The notes under the pieces are model-generated. The model was not told the origin of the DNA. It ran no database searches and saw nothing but the letters and a program-made list of their open reading frames with translations. A stretch of DNA of 64,000 nt from a bacterium. Its GTDB lineage: Bacteria > Electryoneota > JAOADG01. Positions 39,238 to 48,842 of this stretch are shown here, in pieces (within the stretch, counting starts at the first letter, position 1; each line of letters starts with the position of its first letter). Location: the NCBI GenBank assembly GCA_963681965.1, contig OY820579.1, positions 1 through 64,000 on the forward strand, given 5' to 3'. The position numbers and the translations under genes are program-made.

Positions 39238-39888
39238 TCAGTCGATTGCGGCACGCTCGGGATCCCCACTGCCCATCGTTCGAATGCGATCGAAGATCGC
39301 GTTGGAGATTGCGATGTAGCGTTCGCGACTTTCCAAATCGGCACCGATCGAGAGAAATTCATCCTGTGAAATCGGTTTACCGATATACATTCGTAACGGT
39401 TCCCGGCGGAGCTGTTTTCGATCCAATCGCCAACTCCCTTCGATTCGAACAGGAATGATCGGAGCCGGCGCCATCGTCAACAACATTCCGACGCCGCCCT
39501 TGATTGCTAGAAAGCGACCATTCAGCGAGCGGGTTCCTTCGGGAAAAATCAAACAAGCTTTACCATTTTTTACTTCATCAGTTAAGCGGCGCACGACATC
39601 TTTATCGAAGCCGGAACGATTCACCGGGATCGAATTGAGATAAGTGATAATTTTTCCCAAGAACCCTTTAAATAGAGTCCGTTTGGCTGCAAAGTAGATT
39701 TCCCGGGGCATGGTGGACCCGATAATGGGAGGATCGAAATTCGATTGGTGATTTGACACGATCCACAGCGAACCGGTGATTGGAACATTTTCCAATCCGA
39801 TAATTTTCAGTCCGGCGACTAATTTCAGAATGTAGTGGGGTATTTCTTTACAAATGCGATAACCCAAACGCATCGGTCCGTACTTCAT
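39238..39888 (-). CDS. plsC: 1-acyl-sn-glycerol-3-phosphate acyltransferase
   Basis: NHQSNFD, FAAK, FPEGTRS motifs; follows cmk. Confidence 0.9.
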   Translation of the reverse strand: MKYGPMRLGYRICKEIPHYILKLVAGLKIIGLENVPITGSLWIVSNHQSNFDPPIIGSTMPREIYFAAKRTLFKGFLGKIITYLNSIPVNRSGFDKDVVRRLTDEVKNGKACLIFPEGTRSLNGRFLAIKGGVGMLLTMAPAPIIPVRIEGSWRLDRKQLRREPLRMYIGKPISQDEFLSIGADLESRERYIAISNAIFDRIRTMGSGDPERAAID

Positions 39889-40607
39889 ATACTCTTTTCA
39901 ACAATTTTAGCAGGGTTTGCAGGAACAAATCCGGTCTCACTAGCCCACTCGACAATTCGATCAACTACCTGTTTGATGGTAAGATCACTGGTATCCAGCA
40001 CTCGGGCATCATCTGCGCACCGCAGTGGTGAAGTTTCGCGCTCACTGTCCAATTTATCGCGTGTTCTCAAATCGGCGATCACGTCTTCGACCGATTTAAT
40101 TACGCCGATCTCTTGGAGATCATGTTGACGGCGTCGCGCGCGCACTTCGTCGGACGCGATCAAATAGACTTTGAGTCGTGCATCGGGAAATACAACCGTA
40201 CCGATATCGCGCCCCTCGAGCACAGCGCCATTCCGACCGGCATTACGTTGCAACCGCACCATCTGTTCGCGAACGGTGGCATGAGCCGATACTGCACTAA
40301 CATTGGCAGATATTTCCGGTTTTCGGATTGCGTCCGAGACATCCTCACTGTCGAGCAGCGTTTTACCGTCGTGGGTAAACTCGACGGTTGTATCGCTGGT
40401 CATCCGGTGTAATGCAATCGCGTCGGAAATGGGTATATGGCGCTGTAACGCTTTAACCGTCAGTGCTCGATACATTGCCCCGGTATCGATATGCGGGAGT
40501 GCCAAGGTGGCAGCAACCCGCTTCGCAACGGAACTCTTGCCCGATCCAGCGGGACCGTCAATCGCGACAACCGGTAACAGTTGGTGATTCGTATTGGGTT
40601 GATCCAT
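39885..40607 (-). CDS. cmk: Cytidylate kinase
   Basis: VAIDGPAGSGKSS, DTGAMYR, EGRDIGTVVFPDA, RD..DS.R..SPL. Confidence 0.96.
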   Translation of the reverse strand: MDQPNTNHQLLPVVAIDGPAGSGKSSVAKRVAATLALPHIDTGAMYRALTVKALQRHIPISDAIALHRMTSDTTVEFTHDGKTLLDSEDVSDAIRKPEISANVSAVSAHATVREQMVRLQRNAGRNGAVLEGRDIGTVVFPDARLKVYLIASDEVRARRRQHDLQEIGVIKSVEDVIADLRTRDKLDSERETSPLRCADDARVLDTSDLTIKQVVDRIVEWASETGFVPANPAKIVEKSI

Positions 40608-40736
40608 TCAGTATTGATCCTGAGTGTGTGATCCGAGTGATCTAAATCGATTAATTGATTAAGATAACGTATCGCACCCTCGCGGAAAAACAAAAATCGA
40701 GCGATATATTTGTTTGTTTCAAGGGAATCACACAAT

Positions 40737-41639
40737 ATGAGAGCTAAGTATTTAATTCTCTTTGTACTATCAATAATTGCAGTCAGTTCATTCAGTGGGT
40801 GTAATGGTTCCAATGCGATTACTCCCAATCCGAATAGTGGGATCACTGCAACCGAAGTCTTTCGCGATTACGATTCCGCGGCATGGCACCGGATTGCGGG
40901 CTTCGATCAAACTCGTCCACTGGATCAGCGGAAACCGGGCTTTCTAATGATGCTGAACGTCTCGCTATTAGCGGCGCGACACGGTGCGCGAGAAATTGAG
41001 TCATTCGTCCCGATCGACACGCTGTTGTTTGTTTTCAACAATGGTTGGTTTGGTCGAAGTACCGACACATTATCGGGTGGATCGCTGGCATTCCGGTGGA
41101 AACTGACACCGAATCCGTTTCGGAACGAAGGCACTCCAACACGGTACGACCAGCGTGCCGAATTGTCCTATACCGATAATCTTCATATTTCCACGACTCG
41201 TTTGACATCCGTCATGTATACTATCCATAGCGGAAACTACTATCAAGGTCAATACGATCAACGTTATGAAGTGGAGATCAGTATTCTGGGCATTCCCCAA
41301 ACAATTTCTTACGGTGCCCCGTTGAACTGGGACCAGTTGGATTGCCGAAGAAACAGCTCTAATCAATTTTTGTCCCCGCAAGGTATTTTCAGCGCAGTCG
41401 GTACGAGCGATCTGACCGATCCGGATTCGTCCGGGGCGTCGAAAACGTATAACTTTCAAGGCAATTGGAACATTGCCCGCACTGTAAGCGTGCATGATTC
41501 AATTGGATCGCTTTCAGTTGGTGGCGAGTTGTTTGCCAGTTATTTTTATACTGGTTTCGATTCTACTTCGGGAGTTTACCGGGGAAGCTATCGACTTGCC
41601 AATGGTCGCTCAACGTTGTATTCTTTTTCGATGCAATAA
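40737..41639 (+). CDS. Hypothetical lipoprotein
   Basis: Lipobox FSGC after a hydrophobic signal. Confidence 0.72.
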   Translation: MRAKYLILFVLSIIAVSSFSGCNGSNAITPNPNSGITATEVFRDYDSAAWHRIAGFDQTRPLDQRKPGFLMMLNVSLLAARHGAREIESFVPIDTLLFVFNNGWFGRSTDTLSGGSLAFRWKLTPNPFRNEGTPTRYDQRAELSYTDNLHISTTRLTSVMYTIHSGNYYQGQYDQRYEVEISILGIPQTISYGAPLNWDQLDCRRNSSNQFLSPQGIFSAVGTSDLTDPDSSGASKTYNFQGNWNIARTVSVHDSIGSLSVGGELFASYFYTGFDSTSGVYRGSYRLANGRSTLYSFSMQ

Positions 41640-41689
41640 TCTATCACCGTTATCAGGTGTCAAACCGATGTTAGGATGTTAGCGCCACG

Positions 41690-42496
41690 ATGAAAATGAA
41701 CCGGTATCCGATCTTCCTCATACTATCAGCTCTGGTATTCACTTGGCTGCTAACATCGTGCTCGCCGTCGCGCGAAGACAGCGGACTGTTACCGACGTTT
41801 TACGTATCGCAAACAGCGCAAAAACGGGTATGCACCACACTGCTGGCGCGAACTTGGGAACAGATTCGATTGGTCGATCAATTGCAAAAAGGGTTTGCTT
41901 GTCCCAACCCGCAGGAATCATCCTCCGGATTACTACCGGCAGATCACGATTACTATGCGCGGAGCATCGGCGACAGCTTGGTCGAAAGTGTGAGATTCGT
42001 TCCGAATATCTGGCAAAATCCGGGAACGCATGCCGATTCGGTGTATTACGGCTGGAATATTTACGGCGGCGATACGACGAATAATGGCACATACTACTAT
42101 CTCATCGCATCGAAGCGAGTGACACAGGATTCGTTATCGCATTTAACCGGTTCAGCGGTATATCATCAAAATTATGTAGCAACCGCTAGCGACGGGTATA
42201 CCTACGATTATTCGTACAGCATCATCGGCTCATTCGACGTGCCGGGCGGTGCACCGCCACCTTTGGGCGATGCCGTGTACAGTTGGAGTGGAACAGTCCT
42301 TACATGGGAATCCGATGCAATTCCATCGCGCTGGGATTTGACTGGAACGAGCCGACGTACGAATTCCGGTGGGTGGAGCATTACGATGGCGATCGATAAT
42401 GATGAATTGCTTCGCGCCGAATTGGATTCGTTGGGTATCGGATCGTATCGGATCGGTTGGAACGATTTCGATGAAGCGTATAATTATCGTCCCTAA
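41690..42496 (+). CDS. Hypothetical lipoprotein
   Basis: Lipobox LTSC; C-terminal GSYR motif weakly shared with the upstream lipoprotein. Confidence 0.72.
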   Translation: MKMNRYPIFLILSALVFTWLLTSCSPSREDSGLLPTFYVSQTAQKRVCTTLLARTWEQIRLVDQLQKGFACPNPQESSSGLLPADHDYYARSIGDSLVESVRFVPNIWQNPGTHADSVYYGWNIYGGDTTNNGTYYYLIASKRVTQDSLSHLTGSAVYHQNYVATASDGYTYDYSYSIIGSFDVPGGAPPPLGDAVYSWSGTVLTWESDAIPSRWDLTGTSRRTNSGGWSITMAIDNDELLRAELDSLGIGSYRIGWNDFDEAYNYRP

Positions 42497-42523
42497 CGGT
42501 AAGAGTCAGTAAAAATTTCTTTT

Positions 42524-42551
42524 CGGCGCACTTTTTAGGTGCGCCGCTTTT
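42524..42551 (+). terminator. Intrinsic terminator
   Basis: CGGCGCAC-TTTTTAG-GTGCGCCGCTTTT. Confidence 0.55.
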
Positions 42552-42573
42552 GTTCGAAACGACAGGATTTAGA

Positions 42574-43281
42574 TTGATAGTTCCCAGTATCAAATATTCC
42601 ACGACTCCCATCACAGCGATCCTCCTTCGGCGGTACCAGCGGTTTCTCGCCGATGTGCAATTGCCGGACGGAACTGAAGTGACAGTGCATTGTCCCAATC
42701 CGGGACGGATGACATCGGTCTGTTTTCCGGGTGGTGAAGTTCGGTTGCTTGCGACTCCCGGTAATAAAATGCCATATCGGTGGATTCAAACGCTGACACC
42801 GTTTGGATGGGCGGCGATCGATACAATGCTGCCGAATCGATTACTCAGAGAGGTGTTGTCGAATGGATTGATTGCCGGGTGGGGATTGCCGGAATCAGTT
42901 CGTCCGGAAGTGACTGTTGGCGATAGTCGCTTCGATTTCGAATTGACTTATCCAGCGATGCGAAGGTTAGTGGAAGTGAAATCGGTGACATGGTTCGACG
43001 AAGCCAGTGGGAAGTTCTTGTTTCCGGATGCACCCAGCGTACGTGCGGTTAAACATCTCAACACGTTGATACAATCCCAATCCGAGACGACGAAGACCGC
43101 CATTGTGTATGCCGTACAACATCCGGCAAGCGGTACGGTAGGCGCGGCGGCAGCGATCGATCCCCAGTATGCGGAAACGGTTGCGATAGCCAAACAGCGG
43201 GGAGTGGAATTTCGAGCTATGCGATTGACAGCGGATGAAACTGGCGTAACGTGGGCAGATGAAGAATTAACGATCGCTTAA
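42574..43281 (+). CDS. sfsA: DNA/RNA nuclease SfsA
   Basis: RRYQRFLADV, HCPNPGRM, SRFDF, VEVKSVT, FPDAPSVRAVKHL, IDPQYA; TTG start after AGGA. Confidence 0.92.
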   Translation: MIVPSIKYSTTPITAILLRRYQRFLADVQLPDGTEVTVHCPNPGRMTSVCFPGGEVRLLATPGNKMPYRWIQTLTPFGWAAIDTMLPNRLLREVLSNGLIAGWGLPESVRPEVTVGDSRFDFELTYPAMRRLVEVKSVTWFDEASGKFLFPDAPSVRAVKHLNTLIQSQSETTKTAIVYAVQHPASGTVGAAAAIDPQYAETVAIAKQRGVEFRAMRLTADETGVTWADEELTIA

Positions 43282-44108
43282 GTATTCGCGTTGTTCAGAC
43301 GTTTTGCGATGGCTTTCAGATAGTCGGGATTGCGTTCGATCAGGAGATAGTGCCTCCCCAATTCCTTAGCAGCAACCGCAGTGGTGCCGGTACCCGCCAT
43401 GGGATCGAGAATCAGATCGCCGGGATTGGTTGAGGAAGAAATCACACGACGGAGCAGCTCAAGCGGTTTCTGAGTAGAATGGGTTTTATTGCCGTCGTCG
43501 TCGCGCAACCGTTCGGAACCGGAACAGAGCGGAATTCGCCAGACGTTAATTCCCAATTTCCCCTCGTTGAAACGCTTCGCTTCACTCTTGTGGAAAGTAT
43601 ACCCCTTCGCATTTTTGTCTTTCAATGCCCAGAGCAAAGTTTCGGTGGAATTGGTGAAGCGGACTCCGAGGAAGTTCGGCATTGGGTTCGATTTGAACCA
43701 GACGACATCGTTCAACAGCCAGTACCCATTATCCATCAGGATCTTGCCAACACGGTAGATATTGTGGTAGGAACCAATAATCCAAATCGTCGCTTTCGGC
43801 TTCATGATCCGCTTTAACTCGGTCAGGTAGCGGCGGGTGAATTCGTCGTATTCGTTGAAATCCTTGAAAGTATCCCAATGATCGTCGACACCGTCGACAT
43901 CGGAACCGGACCAGCGTTTCAGCCGTTTTTTCGGTAATTGAAGAAAATAGGGGGGATCAACAAACACGGAATCGACGCACTCGTCGGGGAGTTTCGGTAA
44001 AATCTCCAAGGTATCGCCGGCGATGACGCGATCGATCAACGATTCAGCGGGATACTCGGAGGAAATCGATGGATGCTGGGATTTCGGTGCTGTGACTGTT
44101 TTCTTCAT
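43278..44108 (-). CDS. Orphan beta-class amino-methyltransferase, CcrM/M.HinfI-like catalytic domain
   Basis: DPPY, IGSYHNIYRVG, NDVVWFKSNPMPNF.GVRFTN.TETLLWA, HSTQKP, LDPMAGTGT. Confidence 0.9.
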   Translation of the reverse strand: MKKTVTAPKSQHPSISSEYPAESLIDRVIAGDTLEILPKLPDECVDSVFVDPPYFLQLPKKRLKRWSGSDVDGVDDHWDTFKDFNEYDEFTRRYLTELKRIMKPKATIWIIGSYHNIYRVGKILMDNGYWLLNDVVWFKSNPMPNFLGVRFTNSTETLLWALKDKNAKGYTFHKSEAKRFNEGKLGINVWRIPLCSGSERLRDDDGNKTHSTQKPLELLRRVISSSTNPGDLILDPMAGTGTTAVAAKELGRHYLLIERNPDYLKAIAKRLNNANT

Positions 44109-44184
44109 GTCAGACAATATAACCAATCAAGAGTAAATCACAACCGCTGAATCCGATCGGTGCAGAGAATTTATCCGGTGGTCG

Positions 44185-44781
44185 TTAGTTCTTTGCAAGA
44201 ATTTCCAGATATTCGTCGGTTGATTTGATGATCGCGAATCCTGCGGCGAGCGATGCGTGGACCACTTCCTTCACCCGATCGCGCTCGACGCCGACCAGAT
44301 TGAATGGGCAACTGGTGGCATCACTCAGAAAGTAGACGTAATAATCGAGATCGTGCGCTTCGCGGGCAGTGGTCTCGCAACAGAAATTGGTCATGAATCC
44401 GGTCACCACGACAGTATCGATATGTTCGGATTTGAGGAGTTGGTCCAGTTCGGTCTGTTTGAACGAGGAGTAGCGGTGTTTATCGATTTCGAAGCGATTT
44501 TTGATCTGGTGCAGCGAATCGGCATAATCGACGATATCCGTTCCGGTAATGAATGAACTCGGTTTCCGGGTGCCGGTATAGTCCCACATTCGCCCGGCAT
44601 CGGCGCCATCGGCGCGATACATGTGCTGGATATAAATGACAGGGAAGCGTTTCCGCTCGAAAGCTGCAATCAAGCGGTTGATACGTTCAATTACCGGTTC
44701 ACAATCGTCGATATAGGTACGGAGTCCCGGAGTCGTGTAGAATTTCTGGACATCGATTACCAGTAACGCCGGATGTCTCAT
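44185..44781 (-). CDS. Isochorismatase-family cysteine hydrolase
   Basis: ALLVIDVQ, KHRYSSF, GFMTNFCCETTAREA. Confidence 0.9.
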   Translation of the reverse strand: MRHPALLVIDVQKFYTTPGLRTYIDDCEPVIERINRLIAAFERKRFPVIYIQHMYRADGADAGRMWDYTGTRKPSSFITGTDIVDYADSLHQIKNRFEIDKHRYSSFKQTELDQLLKSEHIDTVVVTGFMTNFCCETTAREAHDLDYYVYFLSDATSCPFNLVGVERDRVKEVVHASLAAGFAIIKSTDEYLEILAKN

Positions 44782-44921
44782 TATTACTCCCAGAAAAAAA
44801 AATCAAAACGCTTATTCAGATACAACAATATACTTCATTCGATATATATTATTACACCCTTGATGTACAATTTCAATCGCTTGTGTGATTTAACCCCAAC
44901 AACTGCTGGATGGAGTCGATG

Positions 44922-46184
44922 ATGCGGATCTACCTACTTGTTTTTGCGACACTCATATTTTGTGGCTGTACTTCAAAAACGACCACCAATCCCGATAACG
45001 AGAATGTGCAACCGGTCGAATTGACCATAGTGAATGAAACACCGGTCCGAGCGACGGTCGAGATCGTGAATCAAACGGGTCATTCACTGGAACCGGGCGA
45101 TTCCGTGATTTACACGATCCCGAGTAATTTCAATGCAGTAATCGTCTCCGGTACATTCGCCGCTTATTTCAGTAGCCTACAATCAGTGGGAACAATAGTT
45201 TCCTATTGCGATACGCTGCAGGTGAACAATCTCTCGCGCTACCGTCACAAACTTCAACTCAAACCGAAGTACTGCTGCTTTACCCTGAAGAATCGGTCGC
45301 TCTATGCAATCGATCAGGTGAAGGTCAATTACAACTTAGGTCATGAAACGACGATCAACTCGACTTACCCGAATGATGGTGTCGAACGTGCCGTTGGGAT
45401 TTACGACACCAGTTATGCGAAAGCAGTGTATGTACATTTTGTGACATCACTGGGGCGATCGTCGACGTGGGCGGTTCGCGTCGACTATTTATTTCCCAAT
45501 ACCGCAAATCAGCGGATCAGATTGGATGCCGATTCGACCGGACGCAGTTTACGGGTAGTATGTATCAATACCGTACCGTATCCAGTGAGTTGTACGATCG
45601 GGAGCAATTCCACCGTGACCATACCGACAGGGGACAGCATTTGGTATCAATACTCCGAAAATCCGACGACGGTGCAACTCAGCGCGAGTTGTCGCGTGTT
45701 GGGCTGGAACGATGCACCGTTGGGGAATACGATCACCTGGAATCAAAACTTGTATGTTGCCGATGCCGGTTCGGTATATCGCTGCCGACTTTCGGTTTCG
45801 ACTGCCTATTTCCTGTTAAAATTCAACAATACCAGCAGCGATACTTTTACAAAATTCGGGATGAATGTGCAACGCTACGATTCGGTCGAAGTGGCAATCG
45901 ATGTACCGCCCGACGGTGTAACCCGACTTTTGGGATTTTATACCGCCTATACCGGCACGGCGATCTCGGGCACGAGCGGCAGTACTACGCAAGTCTATCA
46001 TCTCTGGCGTAACGGAACCGAATTCACATTGCCGAATACGACCAATCAAGTATTGACGATCACGGCGAGCAGCGACCGTCGGATTACGGTTGCTAGCGGA
46101 CGACAATATGATTCGTCGATCGTCGAGATAGTTTCGGACGGAGTAGAACCATCAGCAAATCACAGGGAATCGAGTTCACGATGA
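44922..46184 (+). CDS. Hypothetical lipoprotein with two ~175-aa repeated domains
   Basis: Lipobox CGC; internal duplication (N.T...GDS...P.DGV.R..G.Y...FPNT.NQ). Confidence 0.75.
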   Translation: MRIYLLVFATLIFCGCTSKTTTNPDNENVQPVELTIVNETPVRATVEIVNQTGHSLEPGDSVIYTIPSNFNAVIVSGTFAAYFSSLQSVGTIVSYCDTLQVNNLSRYRHKLQLKPKYCCFTLKNRSLYAIDQVKVNYNLGHETTINSTYPNDGVERAVGIYDTSYAKAVYVHFVTSLGRSSTWAVRVDYLFPNTANQRIRLDADSTGRSLRVVCINTVPYPVSCTIGSNSTVTIPTGDSIWYQYSENPTTVQLSASCRVLGWNDAPLGNTITWNQNLYVADAGSVYRCRLSVSTAYFLLKFNNTSSDTFTKFGMNVQRYDSVEVAIDVPPDGVTRLLGFYTAYTGTAISGTSGSTTQVYHLWRNGTEFTLPNTTNQVLTITASSDRRITVASGRQYDSSIVEIVSDGVEPSANHRESSSR

Positions 46185-46816
46185 AACGGATCATTGCAAT
46201 ATTTCCGATAGTGTTGATACTGCTCAATATTTCCGGGTGCTATCACGGAACATCATCGTCGGGAACAAATCCGGTGAAAGCAGATCCATTCCGGTATATG
46301 ATGGTCAATGAAACATTGACGCCGCTTCAAGTCACAGTACACGGCTGGAACATGCGAACGATCCCGTCGGGCGATACGACGACCTTTCAATACACTGCGA
46401 ATCCCGGCACGGTGATATTTCAATGCGTTGCGAAAGTTACAGCGTACCCTGATCAAGTATTGGGATTGACGCTCATCGCCAAGGACACGATTGCCGTCGA
46501 TACAGTCGATATGTACGGCACCTCGATTTATGTATCGGAGAGCTATTTCATTTTGTATATGAAAAATTACTTCACTACTCCGATCGACACAGTGATTGTC
46601 AACTATCAGACGACGGTAGCGGATACCGTGAATTGGCTGATACCGGCAGATCGGCAGCCTTGGATTCTGGGATATCATCGCGCCACCGACAGTACGACGG
46701 TGTATGCGCATTTTCTGGATAATGCCGAGACAAGTCTGCTGTGGCATCACGGCACCGAATTCAATTTTCCCGATTCGATGAATCAGGCAGTGACGCTGAA
46801 TGCGGATCCGAGGTAG
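46181..46816 (+). CDS. Hypothetical lipoprotein with one copy of the same domain
   Basis: Lipobox SGC; VNET...IPSGD...YF.L..N...W.HGTEF.FP...NQ aligns to the upstream protein; ATGA overlap. Confidence 0.75.
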   Translation: MKRIIAIFPIVLILLNISGCYHGTSSSGTNPVKADPFRYMMVNETLTPLQVTVHGWNMRTIPSGDTTTFQYTANPGTVIFQCVAKVTAYPDQVLGLTLIAKDTIAVDTVDMYGTSIYVSESYFILYMKNYFTTPIDTVIVNYQTTVADTVNWLIPADRQPWILGYHRATDSTTVYAHFLDNAETSLLWHHGTEFNFPDSMNQAVTLNADPR

Positions 46817-46837
46817 GAGAGGGAAAGTAGTTCACTC

Positions 46838-47227
46838 CTAGAAATAAATAAAACTCTGTGGGGGTAGTCCAGAAGGTATAATTGATTCAATTTTTTTAGG
46901 TCGATTGAATCTCCTAACCTCGCTTAGAAGAATAGCAGTACCGACATTCTTTCCATCATAGTACTTCTCGAATTGAATTCGATCGATCCCGGAAGTGGCG
47001 CGAAATTTACGCCATAAATTTTTGGGATTATCGTAGATGACTGCCAGTACCTCGGCACTAAAATCGATCGAGTGAATGGGTGCGGTCTGATAAAAATAAA
47101 TTTCCGAAATCGATTTTGAGAATTTCTGCTTTCGAAATTCAACAGTCTTGTTGCCCAAAAGAATTTGTTCGGCGTAGCGGGGATGGATCGAAACTAAGAT
47201 CCGAAATTGATCTTTTTGAGTAACCAC
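46838..47227 (-). CDS. ASCH/PUA-domain protein
   Basis: SIHPRYAEQIL.G.KTVEFRK, YFYQTAP, LW...SGI...F..YY.G, PPQSFIY. Confidence 0.85.
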   Translation of the reverse strand: MVTQKDQFRILVSIHPRYAEQILLGNKTVEFRKQKFSKSISEIYFYQTAPIHSIDFSAEVLAVIYDNPKNLWRKFRATSGIDRIQFEKYYDGKNVGTAILLSEVRRFNRPKKIESIIPSGLPPQSFIYF

Positions 47228-48693
47228 GCAGCGGAATCTCCTTTGAGTCGAGTAATTGTTTGAGGTGGTCCTTTAATATATCCTAACACTAGCAATTCGT
47301 CAAGTTTAATAGCTGGTTCAAATGAAAAACAGATCCTCATTTTTATTGCCATCGCATCTTTTGTACAATTTCTAGTTGAGTGATTAATTTCTGACTCTGG
47401 AAGTACTGCATATCCTTTACAAAATTTTATGATTTGTTCCGTACTCTTTGAAATTTTAATTTTTTCGACAATACAAATATTCGTCACAATTTGTTCTGAG
47501 TGAGACAAGTAAAACAAAAGTGCTGCTCCTTCATCCAGCTTTATACGAGTATTTGAACTAATATAGACTTTGCGAATACTATTGCTGTATGTGTGAGATT
47601 CAAAGAGAAAGTCATGTTGAGGATTGAATTCTGGAAAGAGACCATTGTGCCACTCCGGTTTGATTGGAACTAAAAAAATGCGTTGACTGTTTGGTTTTAT
47701 GTATCGGGGTCCATACAATCGATTCGCTTCGAAAGAAGACAATAAATTTGTATCGCTATCTGCTGGTGGAAGAAGATATTTTACATAAACTGAATCTATC
47801 CCATTTCGTGCAAAATGCTCAGTTTTCATAAATCCAAATTCTTCTAGAAAATTGCTTAAATCAGGATGAGAATGCGTATTTACTTCAACAATTATACATA
47901 AATGATCGTGCGTATAAGCGTAATCGAAAATTCCTTTTAGCAGCAGTTCACTCATGTATTGGCCTTGGGCTTTATATATTAATTTAAGAGTACATATCTT
48001 TAGTATATCTTGATTACATAACTTATTAAAAAAATCCATATCATGTCGTTTAAGAATTGCGATACCCCAATACTGCTCCTGATTTGATTCCTGAATAACG
48101 ATACAATCCCGCTGCTCTTCTCTACATCTGGAAATCCAATTCATAAATCCAGGATATTCTTCTTTAAGTGAAACGAAGATGTCATCCTCTAGATTTAAAT
48201 AATGCGCCTTGATTATTGAGGAGTGCGGAAAAATTGTCAATCTCTTCGATGACTGAATCATTTTAATTGCATCCTTTAAAAAAATGACTTTTGATTCAAT
48301 TTGCAAGAGCCTCGCTCGTTTATGAATCTCTTTATCTTCAGTGACAAGAAAATGAACAGCTTGTGCATATAAAGCGGCGAGTAGATAATAATCAACAATG
48401 TCATTTCGTTTGCTGGGAACTGGTATTACTTTACAAATGTTGACGATTGGTGGAGAATCCATTAACATTTCGAATCGTTTTAAAGATAATTGTCGTAGTT
48501 TTTTTCTCTCCTCATTTCGATCCGAAGTAATATCCTGAATTTGAGCAGGATGAATAAAAATGTGATGTCTGTGCTTATTGCATAATCTTTGAAATTCCAG
48601 CGCAATTTCACTTAATGACGTGATATCATTTAATGATTGCGGTTCTGCAGGAAACAGGATATTAGAGTCAATTAGAAAATTGTAAGTTCGCAT
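47194..48693 (-). CDS. PIN-GNAT-PUA/ASCH-like multidomain protein, AT-rich
   Basis: PIN: FLIDSNIL...NDIVD...LVTED. GNAT: GIAILK..LKICTLK...G...ELLLK...FLEEFGF. C-term: LVPIKPEWH..LFP...NSIRKVYI...LLFY.S...GPPQT. Confidence 0.78.
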   Translation of the reverse strand: MRTYNFLIDSNILFPAEPQSLNDITSLSEIALEFQRLCNKHRHHIFIHPAQIQDITSDRNEERKKLRQLSLKRFEMLMDSPPIVNICKVIPVPSKRNDIVDYYLLAALYAQAVHFLVTEDKEIHKRARLLQIESKVIFLKDAIKMIQSSKRLTIFPHSSIIKAHYLNLEDDIFVSLKEEYPGFMNWISRCREEQRDCIVIQESNQEQYWGIAILKRHDMDFFNKLCNQDILKICTLKLIYKAQGQYMSELLLKGIFDYAYTHDHLCIIVEVNTHSHPDLSNFLEEFGFMKTEHFARNGIDSVYVKYLLPPADSDTNLLSSFEANRLYGPRYIKPNSQRIFLVPIKPEWHNGLFPEFNPQHDFLFESHTYSNSIRKVYISSNTRIKLDEGAALLFYLSHSEQIVTNICIVEKIKISKSTEQIIKFCKGYAVLPESEINHSTRNCTKDAMAIKMRICFSFEPAIKLDELLVLGYIKGPPQTITRLKGDSAAWLLKKINFGS

Positions 48694-48786
48694 AGTACTC
48701 TCAACGATATATTACAAAGCATATATTATATATATAGTACAATATTTATATAACAAGATCAATCTTATATGTATCGACACACGAAC

Positions 48787-48813
48787 AAAAGGCGAGCTTT
48801 CGCTCGCCTTTTT
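48787..48813. terminator. Bidirectional intrinsic terminator
   Basis: AAAAGGCGAGC-TTTC-GCTCGCCTTTTT. Confidence 0.8.
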
Positions 48814-48842
48814 CCTAACTCCCAATTCCTAACCCCTAACAC

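Noticed and set aside
43278-48770. Integron cassette array or prophage
   Set aside because: No attC-like sites, integrase or phage genes recognised, and gene orientations are mixed.
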